A stretch of DNA of 63,578 bases, counting the filler, from Nemertoderma westbladi (Eukaryota > Animalia > Xenacoelomorpha), in NCBI GenBank assembly GCA_032718475.1. It is 3 parts of 3 records of this genome, joined end to end, with 100 filler letters (N's around TTAATTAATTAA, not from the genome) between each part and the next. Parts side by side here need not be neighbours in the genome. Positions count along the whole stretch, not along the records: positions 1 to 24,753 come from JAUCBJ010000003.1; positions 24,854 to 51,059 come from JAUCBJ010000338.1; 1 more part is not named here. One strand, given 5' to 3'. This document shows positions 13,450-26,782 of the stretch, piece after piece. Position numbers and translations under genes: made by a program. Each line of letters starts with the position of its first letter. Position 1 is the stretch's first letter. A model generated the notes under the pieces. It ran no database searches. It had not been told where the DNA came from and saw only the letters and a list, made by a program, of their open reading frames with translations.

Positions 13450-14020
13450 AATATTACGCTACGCGAACAGACTACTCAAACAAAATACAGACCAAACGCT
13501 GACAGACTACTATCAAGCCCAAACAAACTACAGTATATGCAGACTCCGAAATGGTTAGTTAGTATGCGTTCTAACCGAGTAGTACGACTTATTCTTTCAG
13601 GGGGATTGACCTAACAACACTGGAAGCCCCTATGTTCCTAACTAGTACTTTATCGGACATACACTCTACACACACCGCAATCTCTTCAGACCTAACAACA
13701 GCCAGACAACAATCCAGCCTACAAATTATCTAAATAAGAAATATTACGCTACCTGTACAGACTATACATACAAAATACAGACCAAACGCAGGCAGACTAC
13801 TATCAAGCCTAAACAAACTACAGTATATGCAGACTCCGAAATGGTTAGTTAGTATGCGTTCTAACCGAGTAGTACGACTTATTCTTTCGTGGGGATTTAC
13901 CTCACAACACTGGAAGCCCCTACGTTCCTAACTAGTACTTTATCGGACATACACTCTACACACACTACAATCTATTCAGACTTAACAACAGTCAGACAAC
14001 AGTCCAGCCTATAAATTATC
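13450..14020. repeat. ~290-bp tandem duplication in the BEL-A leader
   Basis: ATATTACGCT...GACTCCGAAATGG unit starts at 13451 and 13741; the homologous leader at ~26170-26450 has a single unit. Confidence 0.88.
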
Positions 14021-14300
14021 TGTACAATCTGAGCAGGCTTACACGTCTTCTGCTCAATATTAGCCTACAAATAAATAAAACTGACAGAAATAAGTAAACC
14101 ATACAAAGGAATAAGGGGTGATCAATCCCTAATCCCCTAACAGCCTACAATATACAATATATCACAATCGAAATAATACTGGTACCTGTACTGCTGTAAG
14201 TACCGGTTCGGGTGGTTAGGTAGTTAGGCCTACTGTGTACCGGTTGACCGGTACTTCAGCTTTATTGCCTACGTTGCAATACAGAAGCAATAACAATTAT

Positions 14301-15466
14301 TGTTCGCGCTTTTAGACCTTTAGCAGTTTAACCTGCCAAATTTGGGTGTCTTCTAGATTGTAAATCGACTTTAGCCTATGACGAGTATTTGATACACTAC
14401 ATTAGCCAAAGCCAGTCTATGCGCGACCATTCACCCGCTGGATATACCCGGGAGACTGGATTCGGAAGCTTTGACCTTATTGCGGTGTAGGCCTACTGTA
14501 TTATTCGACTGATCATTAATATATAATCTCTGACAAATATTATTCACGTTCAGGAAATATTAACAGTTCCTTTAGGACGTGGCGCTCTAAATATGTAAAC
14601 AGAGTTATGACTTACACTAGACACAACGGGATGGCTATGGATTCACGTATAAAGCGCATTCTTTAGGAGATGCTTTGTTATCAGTCACAATCATGCACAC
14701 TACCGCACAATACTGCACACCGATCTGCCGACGTTCACTAATTTTGGTCAAATATAAAGAGAACAACAACCGACACATGTAGTGCCTATGAAATAGCATT
14801 AGATTCACTCCAAAACCACTTTAATGTAAGTCGCAATTGTTATATGTAAGCGGTCTCTTACCTTCAGTATATCAAGAAGATTGGGGGTTTTATGATTATT
14901 TATCGTTATTATCCAAATATAATAATATAATAATAATTAATGACCGACAGTAAATAGCAGTAAAAATGCGGTGTGGTATGTGAACACACTGACTTGCGTG
15001 AGTTGATATGATTAGGTGAGATAACTGTTATACGTTTCTATGATCAAGCCTACTAATGTTTGGCTAAAGCCTGAAAACACAGAAATTCCAAAGCCGGTCT
15101 TCTGGCATCAGGAAAAAAGGTAAACATTGACCCATAATGCATTGCGCGATTTCCCGGAGGTTTCTGTACAAATAACAGGAGAATCGCTCTGATTGGTTAA
15201 CCGAACAAAGAAACAAAGGAAAAGCTACACGTGTACATATCAGCTGTTAGCTGTCGTCATAGTAACTACACTGTGTCAAGAGGATTTTAGCGTATTGCGA
15301 CATAAAATTGCCAGTTATGTCCGCTAAAGTACACATACAGAAGAAATGGCTTTTTATGTCCACTAAAACACCGGTACAGTAAGGAAACGGTTTTTTATGT
15401 CAGTTAAACCAACTACAGAGTACTTTGCGGGGAAAATAACCAGCTAATTCCGCAAAAGCTTTTACA
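14301..15466 (-). mobile_element. 5' LTR of BEL copy A
   Basis: Sense strand TGTAAAAGCTTTT...AAAAGCGCGAACA; homology to the other LTR copies stops at these ends. Confidence 0.92.
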
Positions 15467-15471
15467 TACCT

Positions 15472-15926
15472 TGGGGGGGGGGGGGTCTTACGTTTGTACC
15501 TGGGGGTCTTACTTTTGTACCTGGGCCACATGGGTCTTACGTTTGTACCTTGGTGGCCTTACGTTTGTACCAGGGGGTCTTACTTTTGTACCAGGGGAAT
15601 TTACTTTTGTACCATGGAGTCTTACTTTTGTACATTGGGGGGGGGGGGGGGGGGTGGGTCTTACGTTTGTACCTGGGGGCCTTACATTTGTACCAGGGTG
15701 TCTTACTTTTGTACCAGGGGGTTTTACTTTTGTACCTGGGCCACGTGGGTCTTACGTTTGTACCTGGGGGCCTTACGTTTGTACCTGGGGGTCTTACTTT
15801 TGTACCTGGGGTTGGTCTTACGTTTGTACCTGGGGGCCTTACGTTTGTACCAGGGGGGTCTTACTTTTGTACCAGGGGGATTTACTTTTGTACCAGGGCG
15901 GGAAAGGGGGGGGGTCTTACTTTTGT
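15472..15926. repeat. ~22-bp minisatellite (GGGGGTCTTACGTTTGTACCT/A-type)
   Basis: About 18-20 tandem copies; generates the repetitive GLTFVPG ORFs. Confidence 0.92.
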
Positions 15927-15929
15927 AGT

Positions 15930-16131
15930 GTCTTGGGTCTTAGGTCTTTATTTTGTACTCCCATAATATAACTACTGTAACTGCAGGTCTGGGGCTCTTT
16001 CTTTTGTAGGGTCTTTGGTCTTAAGGTGTTGGGTCTTGGGTCTTAGGACATTATTTTGTACTCCCATAATATAACTACTATAACTGCAGGTCTTTATTTT
16101 GTACTCCCATAATATAACTACTGTAACTGCA
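15930..16131. repeat. Three copies of TTATTTTGTACTCCCATAATATAACTACTGTAACTGCA
   Basis: Copies at ~15948, ~16051 and ~16094. Confidence 0.8.
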
Positions 16132-16494
16132 ATATTAATTAGTTTACATGTTCTTCAATATATTATTGTTGTTATATTTTATACTGTAGTTTTGTTTATT
16201 TCTCATATTTTTGTTTATTGAAGTTTATTTAGTCAATACTGTATATAGTACAGTACGTTATGCCGATTTATATTACCGATATACCGTAAATTTAGCTTTG
16301 AATTATTTTTTATTCCGGGTAAAATTTGTTAAATAAGTTCATTTTCGACTGCCAATTATTTATATAAAAACGGCACTACGTTTATTCAGTGTGAGTGGCT
16401 AAATAAAATAAACTCCATTCGTTACCATCGTTAAATGATTGGTGAGGTTTGATATACAGTGTAGTTAATACAAACAATAAATTGGTTTCATTCT

Positions 16495-17263
16495 ACCCCC
16501 AGCGTCTGCAAAAAACGCAAGTCTAACGTTTTAAATGACGTCAGACTCTAAATAGATATTAATTTCCTATAATTTAATTTTAAATTATCAATTAAATTGT
16601 TTGATAACTAATAAATTTAAATAATTTAATCAAATGATTTATCTAACGTAGAGGCCAAATAGGTATGTGATAGTATTTTATATAAATCTAAACAAATTTC
16701 TTAGCAATTGATCAAAAGTCATCATAATTCTTCTCAGAAATAATCCGATATTTATTTTGCCTAAATGCAATGAATGTTCCACTCTTAAGGTGTAGTAGGT
16801 GCGTAGGGGCGTAGGCGTAGGCTGTGTATGTTAGGGTTAGGTCCCCCCCCCCCCCCCAGTCCCTTGCAGGTCCACCAAGTAACTGTCGCTGTGGTCCATG
16901 AATTAAATCTCAAACTTGATCTTTTTTATGCTTTTGAATAAAAAATAACGTATTGGTGACGTATTTTTTTAACGTATTATTGAGGTATTTTTTTAACGTA
17001 TTTATTTAACGTAGTAACCCCGGCCAATAATACGTTAATTTAACATAATGGTACGTTCATAAATAACGTTCATAATATACGGCAGTTAACGTTATTTTCA
17101 GACATGAGTTAATTAGTATGATTTGAATAAAATTTATGTCTAACGTAGTAACCCCGGCCAATAATACGTTAATTTAACGTAAGGGCATGTTAAAAAATAA
17201 CGTTGGAATGGTAGAATATTAACGTAAATTAACGTTAAATTAACTTCAAAATGTTTGCAGGGT
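16495..17263. mobile_element. Degenerate MITE-like element rich in AACGT subterminal motifs
   Basis: Right end TGTTTGCAGGG; many TAACGT/AACGTT motifs; duplicated TAACGTAGTAACCCCGGCCAATAATACGTTAATTTAAC (~17007, ~17140); left end eroded. Confidence 0.4.
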
Positions 17264-17669
17264 GTGAGTTTACAACATGGGAGCATTCACAAATAAATTG
17301 GGGTTAGAGATGTCGGTGTATCGGTGGGTTTGACTGTAAGCGACACCGAAAACGTTTTACAGACCCAGACGTGGGAATACGTGCTTTACTTTGGAACCCT
17401 TTCATTGTGAGCGGATTCAATTCCGCTCCATTACCCCCATAGAGTTGAGAAGTGGCGCCCTTTTTCAGCAATATTGGAGATACGAGGTTGATAACAACCA
17501 ATCTCGTATCACACCCAATAATGGGATAACATAATCCCCAAAAGCCACACAAAGGGAGGTTAGAGGTCAAACCAACTCGAGAGAGCAAGTAACCAACAGC
17601 AGGGGGGGAAGCACTCCCACAGAGGTGAGAGGCGTGAAGTAGGTTATCAACCAATAAGAATCGGGGAAA

Positions 17670-17935
17670 AGTATCCACTGGACAAAGGGCAAAGTAATGT
17701 AGGAATGAATAGATATATTATCCTATTACCAGTCAGTTAATCAGTTTACTCAGTCATTCAGTTCAGTGCAGACCGGTGATGTTTTTCACCCTTGCCGTCA
17801 CCATCACTACATATTACATTATCACTACCGGTATACTGCTAATATATTGTCAATTCAACTGTGCTATTATCTATTACGAATATCAGAGCGATAACAACAA
17901 ACTGCTATTATTTTATCCCAAACGGTGACGCGTAG
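17670..17935 (+). repeat. Dispersed LTR-like repeat related to 40928-41198
   Basis: Shared blocks ATCCACT.G..AAAGG, CAGTTTA.TCAGT...CAGTGCAGACCGG and TATCC...GTGACGC in the same order. Confidence 0.4.
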
Positions 17936-19384
17936 TCTACTTACCCGGTCGGGATCCCACTGATCATCCATCCATTAAAGTCTGGACCGCGGGTTGGACC
18001 AAAGAAGTTGATTCGCGTTCGTCGTTCAATCGTCCATGCTACATCCGCTCTTCGTCCACATGTCCATACGGCGCGATATACTCTGAGAGTGAGTTCGGTA
18101 GATTCACTAGTGAGATCAGCCATCATCGTATCCATCATCTCCGCATGCTGTTCCCGAGAATCTCATTTATCGGAAGAGGGTGTTTCAACATATCGAGGTG
18201 CTTATTTGAATATATGACTACAACGAGGGTAGGCGAACGTCATCTCCCTACTCAAACAGCTACTACACACCGCGACAAAGTCCCTGAAATATGGTTCAAA
18301 AGACTTATTTAATATTTACCAGAATGTCACTGTTTTGTGTATTCATGATAACAGGATGAGTTTCTGTAATGCAAACTGTACCTAAGGTTGCATTCACAGT
18401 TATACAGACACCATTTGTATTTTCAGTGAAACACCTTGTTTTGGTTTTAATTAATCCAAATTGTTCGGCGACATGCTGGTTGCTGGTAAATGTAGGAATT
18501 AGAACGCTCAGCTCTCACACTTATTTTACACTAGTAAGTACTGTAATATTGATGTAATATTTATGGCGATATTTAATATTTGTATTCAATACAAACATTT
18601 TTGAAAATTTTTCGCATATTTCTATGCTGGTAACGTCACACAAATCAGCTTCCACGATTGAGTTATGTCGTTAGTAATTAGTCACTTATTTTGAATTATT
18701 TAAGTTTTAAGTCAAATAATTTACTGTTAAATTAAATTGTTGCACATGTGGCCATCATATACAACGTACGATTAACATAAGTAGGTTTTGTTGCTACCTG
18801 CAGTGTAGTCTAATACTAATACCTATGCTATATTTAATAGCTAACAAATAATTACGTTACTCAATCGTAACCTTCTATAAGACGTTACTCAAGTTTGTAG
18901 GTTAGACTACTTGGCCTAACTCGTCGTTGCCCGTAGTTACCAGAACGTTCCCTTGCCAGTTCTAATAAACAAGGACGGCCGGTTGGTCGATTGAAATAGT
19001 GTTATAGTTTGAACGGTGGATGATAGTAGTCAATTCTTTTCTTTGGATGTGGAGTAGTTATAGCCCTACATAATTATCCCATGAGCTATAATGGTTCATG
19101 GCACGGGCTATCAGTGGGGATAGACCTTCTTTAGTATTAGGTAAGTCTGTTTGAGTTTGAAATATTTGGGGGAAATAAGTGGGTCTGAGTTTGGGCTGTC
19201 CAATTTGTTTACATAGTTATTGGTTACTGCGTTAATGGGTTCTCCATATTCGTCCGTATTAAGTCGTGATGGCGGTTGATTGTTGTTACTGGGTTTACTG
19301 GATTCACCACAAATTTTTGAAAACTTTGTCCCAAAATCGGGTCCTCCCACCGCGAATTCATCCGCTTCCACAACATAACCGGGT

Positions 19385-21022
19385 TTAGGAGAATGGATGT
19401 AATTGGTCGATATGTTTTCTGAATGAATGTAATTGTTTGATAATATTGTCACTAGACATTCTTTCATATAAAGTCTTTATCGATGGGCCAGTGCAGAACC
19501 AACCGATCCTGGTTCTACCAGCATATGTGGTTAAAGGCAGAGGCGAACTAGGGAGTTTTTGTAAAATTTCCAGGGCCTCTGGCACGTTCTGGCCGATTAA
19601 TAATCGAACTCCAGGTCGATCGAGTTTATATCGCGGGATGTTATTACGTTTCACAAAGTCATCGTTGTCCCAGTTATACACAGGTGCTTGACTATCGGTA
19701 AAGTTCTTAATCGCAACCACCTTGATGTTGTTTAATTTACATATTTCATTTATATCACCAGGGTCAGATAAAGAAATTTTGTAATAACGAGTTTGTATAA
19801 CTGATTGCCAGGTTTGCATTACGCCGGATAGATTTAATTTCATTGGATGTCCGTCTGCCTTGCTAAATAACTCCTCTGCAAGGTCTTGATCAATGAAGGA
19901 TCCAGAACTTCCTGTATCCATCAGGGCGTTTACGATGAAGCTACGGTTGTTACAGTGTAGTCGAACTTGCCAAACGGGGAATTCTCTAACACCGAGCGAT
20001 TTTGGGTCAGAGGTCTTTAATGATATGTCACTGTTAATCGGCTGTTCTGGGCATAATGGTGGCTCATACGTGATGGCTGTACAGACCACTACATTATTGC
20101 AACTTTCCTCGTCCATAGAGAACTCGTCCGTATAGAACTCCTGTTCGGTACTTCCCCTCATGTCATAAGGGGCATAATCGGTGAATTTAATCTTTATTTC
20201 CACACGAGGGTCTATATCCTTATGATGCAATAGGTAGTGATGTTTTCCATTACACTTAACACATTTGTACGTGTCCCGTAAATAACACTTGCTTCTATTG
20301 TGTCCGGCGCACAAGCACAGGAAACATACATTTAAAGCGGTTACAGTTTCTCTCCGTTTCTCCGAAGACTTTCGAATAATAGTCTGGACAGTGCGGGAGC
20401 CTATGGGAGTCTTTACTACATAATAAACAGCCGGCGTTATAGGTCGTAAATTTAACTAGCGGATTTAATTGTTTCAGGCCCATACGCTGTTGGTCGCTGC
20501 GTTTCTGGTTATCCGAGATATTATAGCAGCTTTCACTTCCTTCGGATTCCTCCTCACAAGTTGACAGATCAGTTTGATAAACCTGCTCCCGACACCTAGT
20601 TGGGGTTGTTTTGTCGGATTTCGGATCTAAGTAACGCTCGCGCCGCTGGGTAATCATCAGCAATGAGGATTCATAATCGAGGTATTCCAAGAATTCCTTC
20701 ATACCTAAAGCTGGTTTATTACGGAGCTGTGCATTCAATACAGTTGCGGTCCCATCGTATGGATATACTACCCTTAGGTAGGGCTGCGGAAATCATACCA
20801 ACTACAACGGGGGTGTCATAATATTCGTGTTTATCCAACCAATCTAGTTGTCTACAGATTTCTTTAATCTCGTCAACGAATTCAATCATTTCTGTAGTTA
20901 TCACACGTTTACGATTAACCAACTTTCGATATAGATATTGAGCTATAGACACTTCATCTCCATATCTAGCGTGTAACAGTTTCCATAATTCTTCCAATCC
21001 TTGTGGGTGTCCGATATATCTT
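19385..21022 (-). pseudogene. gag: Second BEL/Pao element: frameshifted gag C-terminal half and protease
   Basis: RYIGHPQGLEELW...EICRQLDWL, CLLCSKDSHRLPHC, CVKCNGKHHYLLH, IVNALMDTGSSGSFI, LLIGQN; clear paralog of copy A; 5' part replaced by the LTR at 21023. Confidence 0.9.
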
Positions 21023-22190
21023 TGTTTGCTCTTTTAAGACCTTTGACAGTTTAACCTGCCAAATTAGGATGTCTTTTGGATGATATATATTCTTTAGCTT
21101 ATGACGAGTATTTGATACACTACATTAGCCGAAGCCAGTCTATGCGCAATCATTCACCCGTTGGATATACCCGGGAGACTGAGTTCGGAGCTTAATGATT
21201 GATGGTGTAAGCCTACCGTATTATTCGACTGATCGTAATATATAATCTCTGACAAATATTATTCACTTTCGGGAAATATTAACAGTTCCTTTAGGACACG
21301 TGGCGCTCTAAATATGTAAACAGAGTTATGACTTAAACCAGACACAACGAAAAGGCTATAGATTAACGTATATGGCGCATTATTTAGGAGATGCTTTGTT
21401 ATCAGTTACACTCATACACAATGCTGCACAATACTGCACACTAATCTGCCGACCTTCACTAAATTTGGTCACGTATAAAGAGAGCAACAGACAATACATG
21501 TAGGGCCTATAAAATAGCATGAGATTCACTTCAAACCACTTAACATAGGTCGCAATCGTTTATCTGTAACCGGTCTCTCTAACCTTTAGTATATCAAGAA
21601 GGTGGGGTATCTGACTATTGATCAGTATTCCGATATAATATTTCATCAACCAATATAATGAATAACCGACAGTAAAAGCAGTAATATTAAGGTATAAATG
21701 ATTATTAAGTGAATGAGTTAACTAGTTTGTTGAGTTATGTAACTCGGTAACAGATATACGTTCTATAATTAAGCCTACTAATGTAAAGCTAAAGAATGCT
21801 GATATACGGAGGTGCTAAAAGCCGATGTTCTTAGGCTCTGGGCAAAACATAACACTGAACTACTGAGTTTCTGTATCCAACTCCAACACAGAGTCAAAAA
21901 ACGCTCTGATTGGTCAACCGAACAACGAGAGAACAAAGAAACAAAGAAATGTCGACGTGGCAATATCAGCTGTTAGCCGTCGTCATGGTAGCGACACTGT
22001 TTTCAAGAGTATCTAGCTTATCGCGTCACGAGATTGCGGATTATGTCCTCTAAAGTACAAATACAGAAGAAATGACTTTTATGTCCTCTAAAACACCATT
22101 CAGTAAGGACGCGGCCCTTTTATGCCTGGTAAACCAACTACAGAGTACTTTAAGGGAAAATAACCGGTTAATGACGCAAAAGCTTTTACA
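21023..22190 (-). mobile_element. 3' LTR of BEL copy B, inserted into the gag of the second element
   Basis: Homologous to 14301-15466 end to end (TGTAAAAGC...GAGCAAACA); preceded in sense by a PPT-like tract. Confidence 0.9.
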
Positions 22191-22200
22191 CCGCTCCCAG
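22191..22200 (-). promoter_or_regulatory. Polypurine-tract-like sequence
   Basis: Sense CTGGGAGCGG directly before the TG of the 3' LTR. Confidence 0.55.
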
Positions 22201-22513
22201 AAAATGGGATTTAAGTCTATAAAATATAACAAATCACAGTTTCTAAAATATAAAAATACTCTAAACAGTTAGTCTTTCTTACGCGGACGGCGTTTACGCA
22301 GTTTTTTGAGGCTAGCAAGAGTCCATTTCTCTTTGGGGCGAGCCACTTTACTAGGAGGGCTGTAACTCCTGGGTGAAGGGTGCAATACAATTGCATCAGA
22401 AGGTTTCGGATTGCGATCGGTGTATCCGCCGGTCGAGGTACCTGGTTGATCGATATCAATTTCCGTGGAGCGAGGTCTAACAGCCTTTAGGGCGCGCCTC
22501 AGGACAGCAGCTC

Positions 22514-24753
22514 CTACAGGTCCTTGAAGGGTTGTCTGGGCAATGGCGGTAGGCGGACCGTGAGTGGTGAGAAACTTCCTTGGTTTAATAGTTCTTCCAG
22601 CTCGCGTTCTCGGGCTCGATATTCGTAGGGGCGTCGAGATACTTCCTGTAACTCAGGGTGCGAGTTGATAAATAAATCGCCATACTCAGGGTCTTGACGG
22701 ATATAATTGATCAAATGGTATGAAGTAATATCGTTAGGATTGACGTTCCTAAGGTATCTTCTAACAAATTTAGTGGAAATACACTCACCAACACGCTTCA
22801 TTAGCTCGTAACTCGGTATGCGTGTTTTTTGTTCCACAGACGCTAATAAATAAGGATGGAACGCGTAAACTCCCTCGTAAGAGCGTCCAGGGTAGTATCG
22901 ATGACGGGACTCACAGTGTAAATCCGCGTTAGCTTCCCAAGCTCGGATGTAGCGAAGGGTAATCATTTCATCTACGCTCTCTAAATCGTGATTAAAGGGG
23001 CAATTATAACTTTTCTTTCTTTGGTTCCAATCTTTGACGTAAGCTTTGATTTCATTGTTGGCGCCAATGAAGTTTGTTCCTTTATCGGATCTCATCGTGT
23101 TACTAGTGCCAAAGCGAGCGATCTGTCGTCGTAAGCTTAACCCTATTAGTACCGGGCTATAAAATGCTGTACAAATACCGGGAGGGGGTCATATTGACCC
23201 CCCCCTCTAAAATCTACAAATATTTACGAAAACGTCTGATTTTTTGTTTGTACGTAGGTATCACTTGTCTGGATCCGATCGAAAAAAAAAAATTTGAAAA
23301 AATGTACTGGGGTGGTTATATTGCAGCACCAAAATTACAAGTAGTGCACAATTTTCACAAAATTTGAAAGTTACATTTTCGGCTAATTATTTTTCAATAC
23401 AGGTTTTCTGGGGTGCAAAAAACATTGTAAAATATTTAAAAATGATATGATTACTATAAATGGCCGTTTAGTCCTCTCTGCGTAGGAAAAAAATGAAAAA
23501 AACAAGTAACCAGCACTTTTCAGTTAGAACACAAAATTTTTAATTCACTTATACGATGCTATAAATTCGCATTTTCAGGTTTTCTAGGGCGCTGATTCTA
23601 ATGGAATACATTTCTAAAATGCCCCAACATTGCTACTTGTATTTTTCGGCGTAATTTGACAAATTTTGGTGCTAGGACCAAATTTCGTACCCATCACCAA
23701 AAAGTACAAGTTTGCGATGTCCAGTGCTGTTTTTATTGATTCCATCGGATTCAGGACCCTCATAAACCCGTATAACGCAATAAACAAGATGATACTATCT
23801 ACTGATCAATTTGCTTATTTTCCAAAATTTGGTGCTGGCACAACAATTTTCACCCACCGGCGAAAAATACAAGTTTGAAAACTCTTATGAAATTTTTACC
23901 GATTCCATTGAATTCAGAACCCTCACAAACCCGTATAACGCAAGAAACAAGGTGACACAATCAATTTATATATTTGATGGTTTTCAAAATTTGGTGCTAG
24001 CACCACATTTTGCACCCACTTCCGAAAAATACAAGTTTGAGATGCCTAGTTCGAAAATTATATATTCCATTCAATTCAGAATAGCCATAAACCTCTAAAA
24101 CGCAAGAAATAAATTGTCACAAACAATTTTATCAATTGAATGGATTTTCAAAATTTCGTGCTAGCACCAAAATTTGCACCCACCACCGAAAAATACAAGT
24201 TTGATACGCTTGGTGCAACTCGTATATATTTCATCGAAACCAGAACCCCAAAAAACCCCAAATGCGTAAAAAATTAGTTTCAAACAATCAATTTACAAAA
24301 TTGACATAATTCAAAATTTGGTGCTGGCACCAAAATTTGGCACCCACCGAAAAAAACGAGTTTGAAATTTCTAAATCAATTTATATGAGTTCCATCAAAT
24401 TTCTAACACCAAAAAACCGGTGTAAATCAAAAATAGAGATGTTACAATTCATATTTAATGAAATGTAATTTTCAAAAAACGTCTCAAAAAAAGTGCCAAA
24501 AGTAGGGTTAAAAAATGGTGCTATAACTCGAAAAGTACCCAATATTTTTGAAAACGGTTTTCACTACTAGGAAGACAATAGATTTTTAGGAAAAGTCATA
24601 AAATTTCAGATTCCCAACTGCGTTTGTTTCAGAATTATAATAAAAAAACCACGGGGGGGGTCATATTGACCCCCCCCCGGGTTTAATAGGGTTAATAGAA
24701 AGCTGTTGGTAGATAAATCGTTCACCATATCGAGATGGATGGCTCTACAAGTC
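22514..24753 (-). pseudogene. pol: BEL integrase core fragment (split by a MITE) running into an unrecognised C-terminal coding region
   Basis: After removing 23141-24691 plus one TTAA: TCRAIHLDMVNDLSTNSFLLSLRRQIARFGTSNTMRSDKGTNFIGA. Confidence 0.88.
23141..24691 (+). mobile_element. piggyBac-like TTAA MITE with both ends
   Basis: TTAA at 23137-23140 and 24692-24695; same TIRs and body as 3700-5232. Confidence 0.93.
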
Positions 24754-24853
24754 NNNNNNNNNNNNNNNNNNNNNNNNNNNNNNNNNNNNNNNNNNNNTTA
24801 ATTAATTAANNNNNNNNNNNNNNNNNNNNNNNNNNNNNNNNNNNNNNNNNNNN
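24754..24853. other. Assembly gap with TTAATTAATTAA spacer
   Basis: N run with a central six-frame-stop pad; same structure at 51060-51159. Confidence 0.97.
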
Positions 24854-26782
24854 TGTACAGTTGAATGCCTACTGCTATATTACAGTCTAAGCAAGTCTAG
24901 TAACTCAGTATGAACTGCTAGCCTAGTAATTAATTACCGTTACTGCTACTCAGTGTAGCGTGATATATATATAATATATTAGAATACCGGTATACTTATA
25001 GTATATATAACTATATAAGTATTATTACAGACTAGGTTTATCACAGAATACCGGTATAATTTTAGCACAAATATATATAAATATATAATAGGCCTATCGG
25101 AATACCGGTATACAGCTTACAGTTTGTAGGATATATAATTCTGAAATAGAATTAATTACAAGTACCGGTATAATTTCAGCCTAGATTTATAGAAATAAAG
25201 ATAATAGGCCTATCGTAAATACCGGTATATCAATTATTTCAAATAATTGAATTTCTGTTACTTTAGGGTTACTTTGTTACTTTACTTACTTTATTACCGT
25301 TATTTGAGCAGTAATCCAACTGATATTGAGACCTAATTGTTATATGGTAGGCCTACTATTTATAAATCGTTAGATTTGATTTATAATATATATATACCCG
25401 TTTTAATGGGTTTTGTCAATTTTTGAAACAAATGTTATTATTTCTGGAGAGTAATCACTACACAAAGCGGTGCGCTTTCAGTGAAGTGTTACTGATAGGA
25501 CACTAAAACAAATAATACTAATTTACCTAAGTTACTTAATACTACAGATTACGTACAATTCGGGTGAGATTACAATCTCTAAATAAACACAAAAATTTAC
25601 AAAAAACACAAAATACGAATTTTCAGGGTAATTTTACAAGAAGTCTACAAACCAGCCTAACAAAGGGTTAGAATACCGGTTATTACAACGGACAGGGTAC
25701 TACGGTATTTGAAATAATAAGTAGTAGTAAATACACTGTGTTGTCTAGATAGGAAAATACCACCGCCTGACGACCTATAGCCGTATCGCTATAGGTTCTA
25801 CGTTATGTATCACGGAGTGTTCCTACCTAGAAGTTAATAGAGCTAATCGAATGTGCCTATCAACCACTTTACAACACAGATATAATGTCTACAATAATTA
25901 CTTCGGAAAGTACTGTACACTAAACCCTAAATTAGGTACGAGTACTTGTACAACAGATAATCAGTAGTTAAATATACTTGAACAGCTAAAAGAACCACGG
26001 CATCTGCTGGAGTGACCGATGCACAAAATCACCAGTCTTTACCTACGCCGAGCAGCCCGTGTAGTACCGGGGTTAATTTAACTATAGCGGTATGTATAAC
26101 AAACACAATTACTGTAGGAACAAACTTGGGGAATGAATGTTGCGGATAATCGCATAAACTCTGAATAATAAATATTACGCTACGCGTACAAACTACTCAA
26201 ACAAAATACAGACCGAACACTGACAGACTACTATCAAGCCTAAACAAACTACGGTATATGCAGACTCCGAAATGATTAGGGAGTATGCGCTCTAACCCAG
26301 TAGTGCGACTTATTCTTTAGTTGGGGGTTTACCTCACTGCGTTCGCTGCCCCTACTTCCTAATCGTACTTAATCGGACAGGTGATCTACACACACTGCAA
26401 TCCGTTCGGACTTAACAGCAATCAGACAACAGCTCAGCCTACAAATCGTCTGTACAATCTGATCAGGTTTACACGCCTTCTGTTCAATACTGGCCTACAA
26501 ACAAATAAAACTGACAGAAATAAGTAAGCTCCAAAAGAAACAAGGGGTGTACAGTCCCTAATCTCTTAAACAGCCTACCGGTATATAATAATCAAAATCG
26601 AATAATACTGCTGTACCTGTACTGCTGTAGGTACCGGTCCGGGTGGTTAGGTAGTCAGGCCTACTGGTACCGGTTCTGGCAGTTGGGCCTACTGACCTAC
26701 AGATGTACCTTTCAGGTTTACCGGTTGACCGGTACTTTCAACTTTATTGCTTACTGCAATAAAGAAGCTATATATCCTTTAA
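24854..26782 (-). mobile_element. 5' leader of BEL copy C
   Basis: Colinear with 12112-14300 (starts TGTACAGTTGAATGCCTACTGCTATATTACAG). Confidence 0.88.

Larger units (their letters stand above)
3328..15466 (-). mobile_element. BEL/Pao LTR retrotransposon copy A (5' LTR, ~2.2-kb leader, gag-PR-RT-RNaseH; 3' part lost)
   Basis: LTR 14301-15466, gag with three Cys/His knuckles, protease LLDSGS, RT YMDD and RNaseH DAS in BEL order; interrupted by MITEs and a 1.3-kb insert. Confidence 0.93.

Noticed and set aside
15471-15971. Three overlapping repetitive ORFs
   Set aside because: Products of the 22-bp minisatellite
24754-24853. TTAATTAATTAA as a piggyBac footprint or biological motif
   Set aside because: The same pad is centred in both N gaps, so it is a scaffolding spacer
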